Below are positions 19,554 through 28,381 of a DNA stretch of 64,000 bases, one piece after another. The translations under genes were made by a program, and so were the position numbers. The notes below the pieces were generated by a model. That model saw nothing but the letters and a program-made list of their open reading frames with translations, ran no database searches and had not been told where the DNA came from. The stretch is from Promethearchaeota archaeon (GTDB taxonomy: Archaea; Asgardarchaeota; Hermodarchaeia; Hermodarchaeales; Hermodarchaeaceae): positions 30,766 to 94,765 of the forward strand of contig JBHLPH010000007.1 in the NCBI GenBank assembly GCA_048939625.1. The letters are read 5' to 3'. How positions within the stretch are numbered: the stretch's first letter is position 1; the number at the start of each line of letters is the position of its first letter.

Positions 19554-20469
19554 TCCAGCTACACTCATTCTCTTCGGATGGATACTCAATTCAACCCTTC
19601 AAGTGGGAACTCCACTCGTCCTAGCAGGACTTGGTGGTATGTTTTCTGAAAGGTCAGGAATCGTCAATATCGCCCTTGAAGGCATCATGCTGATGGGAGC
19701 ATTTGCTGCTGTCGCTGTAACATACTTCACAGATAATCCGTGGTTGGGTGTCCTCGGAGCCATTATAGCAGGCGTACTAGTTGCCGCAATCCATGCTGTA
19801 GTAACTGTCAAATTGAAGGGAAACCATATAGTAAGCGGTACAGGCATTCTCTTATTTGCAGCTGGTTTCACAACATTAATGCTTTTTGTAATCTGGGGAC
19901 TTCGCGGAGTGTCTCCTGGAGTTACACCGCTTCCTGAGATTTATCTTCCCGGGATAGGCTTTCTCTCTCCACTAATATTCATCATGTTCGCGCTGGTTCC
20001 CATTTGCTGGTTCGTACTGTATCGAACACCCTTTGGACTGCGGCTCCGAGCTGCTGGAGAAGATCCAAGCACACTCGATACCGCGGGAATTAGTGTTGAA
20101 AAGTACCGAATTTACGGAGTACTTCTAAGTGGTGCGCTAGCTGCAATGGGTGGTGCTCAAATGTCGATTGGCTTTGGATCGTGGTTTGGAAAAGGAATGA
20201 CCAGTGGTGCTGGCTTCATTGCTCTAGCGGCGCTAATCTTTGGAAACTGGAACCCCATTGGAGTTCTGATAGCAGGACTTTTCTTCGGCTTCACTAGTGG
20301 CCTTAACTACGCCTTACAAATTGCGCCCGGCTGGGACTTCCTCGTCGGAGTTGGTAATTTCATCCAAATGATTCCTTATGTCTCAGTCATCATTGCTCTG
20401 GGTATTATCAGGCGGTCAATACCACCGAAGGCTATAGGTGTCCCATATATCAAAGAGAAGGAAAGCTAA
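19543..20469 (+). CDS. nucleoside ABC permease (NupC/YufQ-like)
   Basis: FSERSGIVNIALEGIML, GLRLRAAGE, GFIALAALIFGNWNP, PKAIGVPY. Confidence 0.95.
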   Translation: MQIDPATLILFGWILNSTLQVGTPLVLAGLGGMFSERSGIVNIALEGIMLMGAFAAVAVTYFTDNPWLGVLGAIIAGVLVAAIHAVVTVKLKGNHIVSGTGILLFAAGFTTLMLFVIWGLRGVSPGVTPLPEIYLPGIGFLSPLIFIMFALVPICWFVLYRTPFGLRLRAAGEDPSTLDTAGISVEKYRIYGVLLSGALAAMGGAQMSIGFGSWFGKGMTSGAGFIALAALIFGNWNPIGVLIAGLFFGFTSGLNYALQIAPGWDFLVGVGNFIQMIPYVSVIIALGIIRRSIPPKAIGVPYIKEKES

Positions 20470-20560
20470 GGTTTCAACAGAGACAATTGGTCAAAGAATC
20501 ACCAAGAGAAACGTTTAATCAGGTAGTTCACAGGTACTAAACTAATAGGAACGTGATACT

Positions 20561-20728
20561 TTGAGTTCAGATGATGTCTGTCAAGCATGTGGCAAGATGG
20601 TCCAAACACCCATTAAATGCTCTAACTGTAACGCCTCATTCCACCGTGCCTGCGTTTTTAAGAAAAAGAAATACAAATGCCCAGTTTGTGGTCACGAATC
20701 AGATACCCATGAACTTCGATTCGGTTGA
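20561..20728 (+). CDS. stand-alone 55-aa C4HC3 zinc finger (PHD/RING-variant-like); not in ORF track
   Basis: TTG start; MSSDDVCQACGKMVQTPIKCSNCNASFHRACVFKKKKYKCPVCGHESDTHELRFG* = C-x2-C-x9-C-x2-C-x4-H-x2-C-x8-C-x2-C. Confidence 0.88.
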   Translation: MSSDDVCQACGKMVQTPIKCSNCNASFHRACVFKKKKYKCPVCGHESDTHELRFG

Positions 20729-20750
20729 ATTCCAAAAATCGTGGCATTTG

Positions 20751-21233
20751 TCATAATGCTTTTAATTTCTCCGCAGCTTCCTTGATGAAATCAGGTGCGG
20801 CCTTCATGCGGGCCGTGGAAAGAATCATTGCTCGATAATTTCCGAATTGATCAGGTGCAATATCAAGTTTCTGACAGACCTCTTGAACAAAACTCTCTGT
20901 GTCACCCTTGAATTCAGTTTCTACAACTATTTTCGCAAAGGTCTTTTGACTAGGCGCTACTGTACGTTCACTTCTCGGCTCACCAAAACACGCAGTAACA
21001 GCTGTAAGCTGCTCATCATCGGACACGCGGATATGAACTTCAACCTTCATAACACCTCTATCCGTTGTACTGGCCTGTAACTGTGCCGAAAAGGTGCGGT
21101 CCTCCGACCGCGCACTTAGCCCACCTCCCATATCAACTTCTTTGGGTTGGATTCCTAATCGATCACACACACATTTGAAAGCTTTCTTAGCGGGTGGTAT
21201 TGACGTAAATTCGTAGCTTAACTCCTTTCGCAA
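20751..21233 (-). CDS. hypothetical protein
   Basis: 160 aa from TTG 21233 after AGGTG; protein-like composition. Confidence 0.7.
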   Translation of the reverse strand: MRKELSYEFTSIPPAKKAFKCVCDRLGIQPKEVDMGGGLSARSEDRTFSAQLQASTTDRGVMKVEVHIRVSDDEQLTAVTACFGEPRSERTVAPSQKTFAKIVVETEFKGDTESFVQEVCQKLDIAPDQFGNYRAMILSTARMKAAPDFIKEAAEKLKAL

Positions 21234-21439
21234 TAGACACACCTTTCTGAAACTTCTTAAAACCACTGAGTGATTGAGTTCTTAATTATCTTTTGCGCTC
21301 AAAGTCGTCAGGTGTTTAGCATCAGAAAAAAACCCTATTTCTTCTTCTCTGGGTTTTAGTCGGCTTCTAGAAAAAGCACAAGGCTATATAGCTAAATACT
21401 CTCAAAACTGTACACTCTATCAATTCAATCAATGGAGTA

Positions 21440-22762
21440 ATGCTAATGCGGCGTACAATCATCCCACAATTACTTCTGCTAATAATAATCGGGCTCATGA
21501 CCTTTGCATTCTTTCAACCAGTTGCTGACCCTACATTAACGGTTAATGCACAGCCCCCGCTTGATAAACCTGCATCCATTTACACCGGTTCCGCAACTGT
21601 AACCTGTTTCTCATCTCCGGACTCGAGTTTTGACATAATCACAGATCTTTTACAAAACACAGAGAATGAAATGCAAATCATGGTCTATGCTCTAACCAAC
21701 TGGTTTCTAATTGATGAAATCCACGATGCCCTTGCACGAAACGGAACTATGGAAATTACTATCATCGTTTCATGGAAATGGGCCTCAATTGCTGAACGGA
21801 GCCTTACAAAAGGTGCTTTCTATAATCTGTCACAAAATGCAGCCTTTGGATCCAATCTACAACTCTATTTCTCAGAAGATACATACCTTGAATTTACTCA
21901 CGCTAAATTCATGATTTTCGATCAAGAGGCTGTCGTTGTAGAAAGTGCCAACTGGGCAAAATCAGGAATTCCACCTGCAAGTAGTGCTGGTAATCGTGAA
22001 TGGGGCGTTGTAATCGAACAACCCGACGTCGTTGATTATTTCTATGACACATTCATGCATGATCTGCTGCTCGACAACGTAGAGCCATACGTGCCGGATA
22101 TCGCCGATGAAGAAGATTTCAGTGAAAACATCGATACTGGATCCTACCCCGCACCTTTTACCAGTCAATCCTTTACAGGTTCAATGAGCATTCAATGTGT
22201 GCTCTCTCCAGACAACGATGTCTCTGCAATCAAGGCTATGATTGATTCTGCTACTTCAACACTCATGGTACAGCAAATGTACTCGAAAATGGATTGGGAT
22301 AGCAATCCAAATCAGTTCAATGATGCTATTGTTGCTGCAGCTGCTCGTGGTGTGGATTGTAAAGTTATCCTAGACAATCGCAGCTCGGGTATGCAAGCTG
22401 TTGCTGAGATGTTTCTAGCAAATGGTGTGGATGTCCGGTTTAGTAACCAATCCTATTTTGGATGGACCCACAACAAGGGCGTCATTGTTGATGGACAAAA
22501 AGTACTTGTTTCAAGTATCAACTGGAGTTATGAATCCACCCACGAAAACCGAGAGGCCGGAGTGATCATCACTCATTCTGGAATCGCCAATTACTTCAAA
22601 CAGATTTTCGACTGGGACTGGGATGTTGGCGTTCAACTAGGCGCACCAACCACTCCTCCTCCACAAGAACCCATACCCATCGAATACATCATCATAACAG
22701 TCGTAATTGTTGTAGTGATAGCCATAGGTGGATGGGTTTACCAGCGTTACATCAAGAAATGA
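21440..22762 (+). CDS. secreted, C-terminally anchored phospholipase D-family enzyme
   Basis: Signal peptide; two HKD motifs HAKFMIFD and HNKGVIVD; NREWG/NREAG; Pro linker and TM tail. Confidence 0.92.
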   Translation: MLMRRTIIPQLLLLIIIGLMTFAFFQPVADPTLTVNAQPPLDKPASIYTGSATVTCFSSPDSSFDIITDLLQNTENEMQIMVYALTNWFLIDEIHDALARNGTMEITIIVSWKWASIAERSLTKGAFYNLSQNAAFGSNLQLYFSEDTYLEFTHAKFMIFDQEAVVVESANWAKSGIPPASSAGNREWGVVIEQPDVVDYFYDTFMHDLLLDNVEPYVPDIADEEDFSENIDTGSYPAPFTSQSFTGSMSIQCVLSPDNDVSAIKAMIDSATSTLMVQQMYSKMDWDSNPNQFNDAIVAAAARGVDCKVILDNRSSGMQAVAEMFLANGVDVRFSNQSYFGWTHNKGVIVDGQKVLVSSINWSYESTHENREAGVIITHSGIANYFKQIFDWDWDVGVQLGAPTTPPPQEPIPIEYIIITVVIVVVIAIGGWVYQRYIKK

Positions 22763-22786
22763 TAAATTAAAACCTGAAATGTCCAA

Positions 22787-22835
22787 GGAGAGGGTACCCC
22801 AGCGGATGGGCATCCTCTCCTCAAACCTTCTTTTT
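22787..22835 (+). terminator. GC-rich stem-loop plus T-tract between convergent genes
   Basis: GGAGAGGGTACCC / GGGCATCCTCTCC followed by CCTTCTTTTT. Confidence 0.55.
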
Positions 22836-22855
22836 AGCAATGGTTGAACTATAAT

Positions 22856-23107
22856 TTAGTCATAAAATGGGATATCCCCACTGAGAAACCTGTAGACAAA
22901 ACGCTTCAAGGCGGCCTCCCCTTCTTCTGTGGGGCCTGCACGCCAATGAAGTCGACAAGCATAATCAAGTAGTGGGCGGAGCCGTTGCACCTGACTGGCA
23001 CGAAGCATTGCTGGATGTTGGATTGGATCACGGTGTGGTTGTAATTCACGGAGTACCTCCCAGAGAATGCGTTCGGATTCCGCTTGAGGTTGAATGAGTT
23101 GTGTCAT
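22856..23107 (-). CDS. small hypothetical protein
   Basis: 83 aa from ATG 23107 preceded by GGAGG. Confidence 0.6.
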   Translation of the reverse strand: MTQLIQPQAESERILWEVLRELQPHRDPIQHPAMLRASQVQRLRPLLDYACRLHWRAGPTEEGEAALKRFVYRFLSGDIPFYD

Positions 23108-23291
23108 CTTTAGTGATGCCTCCACCAAGCAATGATTCATAACATGGCTACTAAAAGGCAGAGAGGGTTTAGGATAAGTAAAGATATCATTCTCAATACA
23201 CTACATCACCTAGGATGTGAAACAGAGCATCGACACCTTTGAAAACACATATCAAGGATGACCCTCTACCTTTTTGGTGAGGGAAGTTTCT

Positions 23292-23957
23292 ATGGATGAA
23301 CCGCTTCCACCCTCGTCTACTGACATGAGAGGCTGGTGGATCGCCTGTGTCCTAATTCTGCCTATTTTAGTCTTTATTTTTATCTGGGTGGTAGCGATTG
23401 GAGATGTAATCGTGATATTTGGCGCATTTTTTATCATTGCTATTGCCCTTGCAATTTTTGGTATTCCGCTCTTGATTGATGATGAATACAGGAAGCGATT
23501 TTTTAATCGTCTTCGTAGACGAGTTCCACCATCAGAAATCTTTCAATGTAATGAAGAGATTAGATGGGATGAGATACCTCTATTGGAAGTGTGGCCAACC
23601 ATTCGTTCTGAGACAGGTGACACCGTATCAATTCCTCCCGATTACGATTCATCAGTGTCTCAATTGCTTCCCATTAATGTAATTCAACAGCATATATCGG
23701 AGTTAGAAGCTGCTGTTGAAGAACTAGACGCCAATCTTCATATGATTCCAACGACCTACGAGTCCCCCACTCGGGTGCATGAACAGCTCCTCATTGAACG
23801 GGGTGCTGCTAACTTACTATTGGCATCATTAATCCTTCAGCGTGGGAAAAAAACCATTGCACCAAAATACTATACTCGTAAACGCCGGCAATTACTTCGC
23901 ACTATTGCACGTATTGATGAAAAGATAGATGAGCTTTCAGAGCTTATGCGTGGTTAA
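23292..23957 (+). CDS. two-TM membrane protein with cytoplasmic helical C-terminus (paralog of 27425-28252)
   Basis: Two TM helices, NRLRRR, C-terminal IERGAANLLLASLILQRGKKTIAPKYYTRKRRQLL. Confidence 0.8.
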   Translation: MDEPLPPSSTDMRGWWIACVLILPILVFIFIWVVAIGDVIVIFGAFFIIAIALAIFGIPLLIDDEYRKRFFNRLRRRVPPSEIFQCNEEIRWDEIPLLEVWPTIRSETGDTVSIPPDYDSSVSQLLPINVIQQHISELEAAVEELDANLHMIPTTYESPTRVHEQLLIERGAANLLLASLILQRGKKTIAPKYYTRKRRQLLRTIARIDEKIDELSELMRG

Positions 23958-24081
23958 TCTTTTTGTGAATTGTGTATTAATCAATGAGTTTTGAATCAGA
24001 TTATATGTCCCTGAATATCACAAGAGTATAAGTCAAGGAATCACAATCTTACTTTGAACTTGCCTTGTAGGATGGTGTAGG

Positions 24082-27051
24082 ATGCCGCCACTTCGAAGAA
24101 TAATTCTTGTTAGTCACACTCACTGGGACCGGGAATGGTATCTGCCCTTCGAGGATTTTCGATGGTTGCTAGTGAAGACCTTGGATCAGCTCATTGAATT
24201 GATGGAGCGCAACTCAGAATATTTACGATTCAACCTAGATGGTCAGACCATCGTCCTCGAGGATTATTTAGAACTGCGACCAGAAAATCGTCCTCGACTC
24301 AAGCAACTCATTGAACAGAATCGGATACAGATTGGGCCTTGGTACGTACTTGCTGATGAGTTTCTTGTCAGCGGCGAATCGCTTATTCGGAATCTGCTCT
24401 TTGGCAAGCAGACGGGTAGTGAATTTGGCGATGTAATGGCAATCGGTTATGTGCCAGATGCCTTTGGTCATATTGCACAACTTCCTCAAATCCTGCGAGG
24501 ATTCGATATTGACAAGAGTATCTGGTGGCGTGGGCTAGAAGACCATGGAAAAACACTCCCTACTGAACTCCGATGGCGAGCGCCAGACGGGTCAGAAGTC
24601 CTCCTAGTACATTTACGATCAAGTTACTCCACCGCAGCTAACCTGCCTGATTCAGTAGATGCCGCACTTGCACAGGTTCTTATGCCCCTAAACGTCCTTT
24701 CTCTGCGGGGAACCAGTTCTGCCGCCCTTCTTATGAACGGAAGTGACCATCTACCCCCACAATCACATCTCCCCCAATTGATACATAATCTGAACGAACG
24801 TTTCCACTCAGGCGACATTCTACAGGGCAGGACTGTTACCCAACTCCTCGAGACTTACGGAAAAAGCCCAATTGAAAAAGAGATAACTGGAATGGATGAA
24901 CTGAGTCCTTTCATCAATCAGCTCTTCGCAGACTTCATCACCGAACTCAAGGACGTCACTGTCCAACATGGCACCTTCAAGGATTACTTCGACATCATCA
25001 AAAATGAAGTGAATCTAGCGGAAATACCTGTCATTGATGGAGAACAGCACGCCAGCAAGTACGTCCCCATTCTCCCTGGCGTGTTTTCAGCCCGTATGTA
25101 TCTGAAACAACAGAATTTCTCTACTCAACAATTACTTGAACGCTGGGTGGAACCGTTTTCAACCATTGCATGGTGGTTGGGGGCGAAATATCCATCTGTT
25201 CCTTTACGGCGAGCATGGCAGCTCCTGTTACAGAATCATCCGCATGATTCAATTTGTGGTTGTAGTGTAGATGCTACACATGAAGACATGGAACGCCGCT
25301 TTGCATGGAGCCAGCAACTCGCGCATCAACTCCTCAGCGAAGCTATCCACTATATCAATACACACACGAACTCAAATCCATCAACCAAAACTCCCCAATC
25401 TCCCATTGTAACCTTCCGTGTTTTTAATCCCCATCCATGGGATGCAACGGATGTGATCCGGGTTCTCCTTAACCTCCCGACCTCATCTGATAAAACATCC
25501 CAACTAGCCCTTTATACAGCTAGGGGCGAGCAAATCCCATTCCAGATGATCACAGCTCACAAACTAGATCCAATACTTCAATCCCTACTTGATGTCCACA
25601 CACTTCCCCCAATCTATGACGGAGAACCACAGCTGCCAGACAAAACACGCCAAATCATGATAACATTCTGTGCAGAAGCCATTCCCAGCCTCGGCTATGC
25701 AACCTTTTATCTAGCGTCTGCTCCGACCGCTTCCAACGGGTTACAAAAATCCGAATTACGGGTTCAAAAGAAAGGCGAATTCTATATCATCGAAAATCCC
25801 TTCATTCAACTGCAAATATCTAAAAAAACAGGGACCCTACGCCTGCATCATAAACCCTCCAAAAAGACTTATCATAACGTTTTGATGTTGGAGGACACCG
25901 GCGACGTAGGCGATGAATATAATTACTGCCCACCTCACCAAGATCAACGGATAACCAGTCATGACAATATACAAACTAGGGTCCTGCTTCATGAAAAAGG
26001 ACCAGTTACCGTTACCTTAGAAATTCAAACGCAGCTCAAAGTTCCCAAAATGGCCCACAAAACCCGAACCCGTCGCAGCTTGAAAACAATACCTCTTTCA
26101 ATCCAAACTCTTATCACGGTCACCTCAAGTTCACCACGGATTGATGTACAGCATACCATCCAGAACACCGCAAAAGATCACCGCCTCCGAGTTCTTTTTC
26201 AAACCGGCATCAACACAAACACTGCTTGGGGAGATACTCCTTTCCACGTAACCGAACGTCCCCTTGAACCCGCCCCACAGGAGTGGGGTGCCCAACTGTA
26301 TCCCATGATGATGGACTACTACCTCACTTCAATTCTCAAACGACCCAATATTCCTGGCAAACCCATGGGATGGTTCGAAGATTCAGCCACTACTCACGCC
26401 CTCCAAACCTTCCTTGATGTCAACGATGACAAACAAGGCCTACTCATCGCCACCCGTGGTCTTCCCGAATATGAAGTCCTCGAAGATCCGAATCGCACAA
26501 TCGCCCTGACACTGCTCCGATCCATCGGTTGGTTATCCCGTGATAACCTAACAACCCGTCGGGGACATGCTGGTCCGCCAATGGCTACACCTAGCGCACA
26601 ATGCCTTGGACAATATCATGCAAATTATTCAATTATACCTCATTTAGGAACGTGGAAGACCCCCACTACTCGCCAACACACCCAACAGTATATCACCCCT
26701 CTGAAAGCCATTCAATTACACAAGACCACAGACGGTCATTTAGCACCCTCGCAAAGTTTCCTATCAGTTTCCCCGGGAACCTGTACCTTCAGCTGCCTTA
26801 AAAAGAGTGAACAAACCGACTCCACAATCCTACGCTTCTACGAAACCAGCGGCAGCTCCTCCAAAGTCCAAATCACATCCAAGTTTGCAATTAAGCAAGC
26901 TGTATTCGTCAATTTAGCTGAAAAACAACTTGAACCAATCCCTATGGCAAAGTCTAATTCGAACCAGATAGCAGTCTCATTCTCCCCCTTTCAAATACGT
27001 ACACTTCAATTACAATTACAAAGCAGTTCAAAAGTCAAGAAATGTGTTTAA
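24082..27051 (+). CDS. GH38 alpha-mannosidase (MngB-like)
   Basis: SHTHWDREWY, LDGQ, GPWYVLADE, nucleophile PDAFGH, NGSDH, HDSICGCS, GDEYNY. Confidence 0.95.
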   Translation: MPPLRRIILVSHTHWDREWYLPFEDFRWLLVKTLDQLIELMERNSEYLRFNLDGQTIVLEDYLELRPENRPRLKQLIEQNRIQIGPWYVLADEFLVSGESLIRNLLFGKQTGSEFGDVMAIGYVPDAFGHIAQLPQILRGFDIDKSIWWRGLEDHGKTLPTELRWRAPDGSEVLLVHLRSSYSTAANLPDSVDAALAQVLMPLNVLSLRGTSSAALLMNGSDHLPPQSHLPQLIHNLNERFHSGDILQGRTVTQLLETYGKSPIEKEITGMDELSPFINQLFADFITELKDVTVQHGTFKDYFDIIKNEVNLAEIPVIDGEQHASKYVPILPGVFSARMYLKQQNFSTQQLLERWVEPFSTIAWWLGAKYPSVPLRRAWQLLLQNHPHDSICGCSVDATHEDMERRFAWSQQLAHQLLSEAIHYINTHTNSNPSTKTPQSPIVTFRVFNPHPWDATDVIRVLLNLPTSSDKTSQLALYTARGEQIPFQMITAHKLDPILQSLLDVHTLPPIYDGEPQLPDKTRQIMITFCAEAIPSLGYATFYLASAPTASNGLQKSELRVQKKGEFYIIENPFIQLQISKKTGTLRLHHKPSKKTYHNVLMLEDTGDVGDEYNYCPPHQDQRITSHDNIQTRVLLHEKGPVTVTLEIQTQLKVPKMAHKTRTRRSLKTIPLSIQTLITVTSSSPRIDVQHTIQNTAKDHRLRVLFQTGINTNTAWGDTPFHVTERPLEPAPQEWGAQLYPMMMDYYLTSILKRPNIPGKPMGWFEDSATTHALQTFLDVNDDKQGLLIATRGLPEYEVLEDPNRTIALTLLRSIGWLSRDNLTTRRGHAGPPMATPSAQCLGQYHANYSIIPHLGTWKTPTTRQHTQQYITPLKAIQLHKTTDGHLAPSQSFLSVSPGTCTFSCLKKSEQTDSTILRFYETSGSSSKVQITSKFAIKQAVFVNLAEKQLEPIPMAKSNSNQIAVSFSPFQIRTLQLQLQSSSKVKKCV

Positions 27052-27104
27052 ACGAAAACAGCTTTAATAAACTGATTCATTAGAAAGAATGGAGGCGGAA
27101 GGCA

Positions 27105-27359
27105 ATCAGCTCAATTGCCAAAATAGCATATTCACAAATTGAACGGCGTATTAATCCATGGATCATTCTCTCACTACTAATCGGTTTTACCATTTGTCTA
27201 ATAGTTGGATGGTATTTCTTAGATCTCGCAGCCTTCTATAGTCCATATCTTATCAGTTTTGGCAGTTATTTACGATTACTCGGCTTCTTAGCAATATACA
27301 TCGGCGTAATACAGCTCTTCATCTTAGTACTCGCCCATATAAGCACCATTAGATCCTAG
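27105..27359 (+). CDS. two-TM small membrane protein lacking an NTG start (ATC/ATT initiation or frameshifted pseudogene); not in ORF track
   Basis: Open frame 27084-27359 encodes ...ERRINPWIILSLLIGFTICLIVGWYFLD...RLLGFLAIYIGVIQLFILVLAHISTIRS*; GGAGG at 27091 then ATC at 27105. Confidence 0.55.
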   Translation: MSSIAKIAYSQIERRINPWIILSLLIGFTICLIVGWYFLDLAAFYSPYLISFGSYLRLLGFLAIYIGVIQLFILVLAHISTIRS

Positions 27360-27424
27360 AAAACATTGCATCTAAAAACCAAATAAAAGAATAAGTAGAT
27401 AAAAAACTAGGTTAACCTGGAGGT

Positions 27425-28252
27425 TTGGAGGCTATTACCACCTTTTCGGGGCTCTACAGTAGAGATCCACGAACCATTAGAGTGCCCAGTCGTCTACCAG
27501 TCCGAATCTCGTTCGGAATTTACCTTTTCCTTATTTTCCTGATCTGTCTGATATGCGGACTATTTTTCCTGTATATGGCCCCCATCAGCCAATTTAATGA
27601 CATATGGACTATTTTTCCTATTTACAATTATTTCTTCTCCCCGCTATATCTTGGAATAATATGTCTTCTCATTAGTGGAATCCTCGGAGGAATTCTCATC
27701 ATCAATGGGGCATTATACCTCTTTCAAAGGAAACATAGGAACCGTTTACGCCGTCGACCGCGTAGATGGCGTCGTCCCCAATACACACCCATGGAACATG
27801 AACCCCAACCACCTTCCTCCCAGTCAGACGACTTGATTCCAACTGCGGATAACATTGACGACATCGATCTCTCATACACGAATATACCTAGTTGGTTAAT
27901 CCCCCTTTTGAAAAATCGTTCAACAGCGATGGCAATTCATGAAGATTTGATTGCATCATCCAAAACCCCAGAAGAGGCGGAATCTCAGTTTCAATCGCGA
28001 ATTGATGATTTAGACACCGTAGTAATCACTATCTATCAGCATCGCCAAACCGAGGCCCAAGAACCTGAACCATCAGATGGATCTCCGATGAGCCTCCTCA
28101 CCGAAACTGAAATTGAAAAAGAAGCCGTGTTGGACCTCCTTGGAGCCCTGGAACTCCAATACAGGAATGGTAAAGTCACCAAGACTTTCTATGAACATAA
28201 ACGGGATCAATTGCTTGAACGCCTTGCGAAAGCTATTCGTGATACAGAATAG
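27425..28252 (+). CDS. two-TM membrane protein with Arg-rich linker and helical C-terminus (paralog of 23292-23957)
   Basis: Two TM helices, RKHRNRLRRRPRRWRR, IEKEAVLDLLGALELQYRNGKVTKTFYEHKRDQLL. Confidence 0.82.
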   Translation: MEAITTFSGLYSRDPRTIRVPSRLPVRISFGIYLFLIFLICLICGLFFLYMAPISQFNDIWTIFPIYNYFFSPLYLGIICLLISGILGGILIINGALYLFQRKHRNRLRRRPRRWRRPQYTPMEHEPQPPSSQSDDLIPTADNIDDIDLSYTNIPSWLIPLLKNRSTAMAIHEDLIASSKTPEEAESQFQSRIDDLDTVVITIYQHRQTEAQEPEPSDGSPMSLLTETEIEKEAVLDLLGALELQYRNGKVTKTFYEHKRDQLLERLAKAIRDTE

Positions 28253-28317
28253 GTGTTCACACCTCTCTTGTTTTTTCCCCATTCTTTAATTTGATGAGAT
28301 GAAATTTAGACCAAACC

Positions 28318-28362
28318 TTTTTATACTTGCAGTAAAAGGTGTAATTTAATTACAAATTACAC
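28318..28362 (+). promoter_or_regulatory. TATA box plus nested palindromic operator
   Basis: TTTTTATA at 28318; GTGTAATTT-AATTAC-AAATTACAC (28339-28362), containing TGTAATT-T-AATTACA. Confidence 0.65.
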
Positions 28363-28381
28363 AATGGAATGGTGAAATAAA

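Noticed and set aside
20571-20756. ORF-track 61-aa protein
   Set aside because: Wrong frame; the overlapping frame 20561-20728 carries a complete C4HC3 finger.
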